Below are positions 61,428-64,000 of a stretch of 64,000 nucleotides of DNA, one piece after another. How positions within the stretch are numbered: the first letter of the stretch is position 1; each line of letters begins with the position of its first letter. The stretch spans positions 48,422,001-48,486,000 of the forward strand of contig NC_043003.1 in NCBI RefSeq assembly GCF_006345805.1, written 5' to 3'. The notes under the pieces were generated by a model. The model searched no databases and was not told the DNA's origin. It saw only the letters and a program-made list of their open reading frames with translations. This stretch comes from Octopus sinensis (taxonomy: Eukaryota). A program made the translations under genes and the position numbers.

Positions 61428-62084
61428 TATTGCTTTAGCTTCTGTCCTTTGACCCGTTCAGCAAAGTAGATTCCACCAGGAGCTTGTACTCCATTGGCAT
61501 AACTCTCAGAGTCATTGAGGCCCACAAGTCACACTACATTGCAACAAGGACTGGACCTTGTGGTGGCCATAACTAAATACCACAAAGTATTTCATTCAGC
61601 ACTCTGTTTCTGCCAATTCACTGCCTTATTTTATTGAGAATTGTATTACACTTTCTTACACTGGTCTCTATCATAGGACTGGAGCCATACTGGTGCACTA
61701 CCTTGATGGATCTTAGTTAATCCCTTTGACCTCACTTCGGTCTGATACTTAATTTAATGATTTCTTTTTCATCAAATGACTAAGTTACAATTTGAAATAA
61801 AGGGAGGCAACACAACACACCTGTTTACACTGGTTTACACCAACACATACACCAACACACATACACTGACACACACACAGACAATGGGATTTTGCATAGC
61901 TCTGTCTACCAAATTCCACTCACAAGACATTGGTTAATTCAAGGCAACATCAGAAGACACTTGGTTAAGATGTCACGCAATGAGATTGAACTCAAAATCA
62001 CATGATTGCAAAATTAACATACCATTTTTTCCCCCTTTGCATTTGCTTTCTTGTAGTTTTCATAACTTAATACACATTCTTCTA

Positions 62085-62490
62085 TCCTTCATACTTGTTT
62101 CAGTCATTGGACGGCAGCCATGCCGTGGCACTGCCTTGAAGGATTTAGTCAAATAAATCAATTCCAGGACTTATTTTTAATGTCTGGTACTTAATCTATC
62201 AGTTTCTGTTTTTGGTCAGACTGCTAAGTTATGGGGATGTAAACAACAGAACACTTGTTGTCAAGAAGTGGGGCAGATAAAACACAAATACAAATACAAA
62301 GACACACACACACACACACACATTTATGAATGGGTTTCCACACAGTTTCCATCTACAAAATTCACTCACAAAGTTTTGGTTGGCCTGGGGCTATAGTAGA
62401 TATATGATTTATGTCTAATGTGTACTGTGATTGAACCCAAAACCACATGGTTGCAAAGTGAGCTTCTTAACCACACAGTCATGCCTGTAC
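62085..62490 (-). mobile_element. SINE, family A
   Basis: cttgtttcagtcattgg...ttcttaaccacacagtcatgcctg. Confidence 0.8.
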
Positions 62491-62892
62491 ATGTACATAA
62501 ATCAGACAGTGTTTCAAGTCAAGTAGATGATTTAACAGACAATAGCAAATCAAGACTCATTGGCTGGAAGATAAATGTGATTATATAAGGAACATGATTC
62601 TTTCAAGAATATTGGCAACCCACCTTATGTAACAAAATGCATAATCTGACACATTCATGATAGTCTGTGAAGGCAACAGTAAGTAAATAGGAGAGATTTC
62701 AATAAGTTCAGTTACTGTGAAGGGTGAAGAATCTTATGTTTCAGGCTTATGCCATTAGTCTGAGAATGAGAAAGAGAGAACTTATATCCACATGAAACCA
62801 TGTCCTCCCTTTCTCTTCTTTGTTCTGACAAAGGGTAAGAGCTTGAAACACTTGATTTTTCACTCCTCATAGCAAGGGGTTGAATTTATTAA

Positions 62893-63302
62893 CCCTTTTG
62901 ATACCTCGCTGCCTGAAACTGGTTCTGTGATACAAACTTATTATACCGTTTTTAATGATCTAAATCAGGGGTTTTCAACAAGGGTCCTAGTAAAGATTTG
63001 AATTTATATGCAATAAATTGGTTGTACTTCTACACTACAGAAAATATCTTAAGTTTTTTTTCTATACAATCCTAATAATATTGAATTATAAAAATATAAT
63101 TTTTAAAACATTGAATGGTTATGGGGGTCCAACTGAGTAAAATAGGAATCAGAGGGGTCCATAGATAAAAAAATGGTTGAAATTAAAATTAAAACATTCC
63201 AGTTTAATAACAATAAAGTTAATTTACCAAATTCTTCATGATTTCCAAAAATGAATTAAAACAAAAGCAGTGTATTTCAACAGAAATATGGTAACAAAAG
63301 GG
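62893..63302. mobile_element. piggyBac-like MITE with a nested hAT-like MITE fragment (~62966-63185)
   Basis: TTAA|cccttttgatacc ... ggtaacaaaaggg|TCAA (12/13 TIR match, TSD with one mismatch). The inner piece begins caggggttttcaac and ends near ggttgaaa. Confidence 0.5.
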
Positions 63303-63594
63303 TCAAAGTCTTCTCAGAACTTGTATATAATTATGATTTGTAGGGGAGAGATATAGCCAACAGAATTTACTTCAGTGCTTTCTTGTTATAATTTTATTGA
63401 ACCCAGGGAAATGAAAAGCCAAGTTGAACCCAATAAAAGGTTTAGATTGAGAAGTAGAAGGGGAATCAATACTCTTAGGTATTTCATCCAATGTTTTACC
63501 ATTTCTGTCACTTCATCATACTCAACCTACTTGTAAGAAAAATACTCAGCAGCAAATGCAAACACACAAAAAAAATAGCAATAAGCAAATGTGG

Positions 63595-64000
63595 ATGGCA
63601 ATGGTGTTGACTGGTGATTGAAAGGACCGATGATGGTGGCAATGAAGTTGCTGATAATATTTATGATTGTGATGATGATGATGACGATGATGATGATGAT
63701 GATGGTTGTGGTGGTGACGAAGAAGATGGTAATAAAGATAATAATGATGATAATGATGGTGATGATGATGGTTGTGGTGGTGATGAAGAAGAAGATGGGG
63801 AGAGTTATAATGATGACAATGATGCTTATATGATGATGACAGAGATGGTGATGATGATGATGATGATGATAATGATGATCATGGTGGTGTTGCTGAGGAG
63901 GAAGAAGAAGAAGGTGAGAATGATAATGACGACAAAGATGGTGATGGTGATAATTATTATTATTATGATGATGATGATAGTGAAGAATTGTGATGATGAT
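63595..64000. repeat. Degenerate (GAT)n/(GGT)n trinucleotide tract
   Basis: Seen directly in the sequence; continues to the window edge. Confidence 0.9.

Noticed and set aside
63618-63833. Met/Val/Ile-rich ORF
   Set aside because: It is the translation of a degenerate (GAT)n tract.

Overview
AT-rich, repeat-dense eukaryotic genomic DNA. It is most likely from an octopus or other coleoid cephalopod, inferred from its tRNA-derived SINE families and microsatellite load. Three host genes are supported. (1) An intronless endonuclease III-like gene, NTHL1 (+, 6292-7494). (2) A complete 6-exon COX10 (heme O synthase; -, 24280->15342), assembled by hand from GT-AG sites with consistent phases. (3) The 3' part of a Rab11-family-interacting protein gene (-, four exons 54982->38796) ending in a FIP-RBD; no C2-domain exon is visible in the window. 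The rest is a mosaic of transposable elements: a tandemly repeated Tx1-clade retrotransposon 3' fragment at a (TC)n microsatellite, flanked by a >=196-bp duplicated host segment; RTE LINEs, one with a PHD finger inside its RT; many truncated RTE 3' tails; three SINE families; mariner relics; a non-autonomous Helitron with nested cargo; and several long fold-back elements in the Rab11-FIP introns. No CRISPR array, rRNA or bona fide tRNA gene was found. Repeat coordinates are read by eye and approximate unless stated; family names come from recognition, not database searches.
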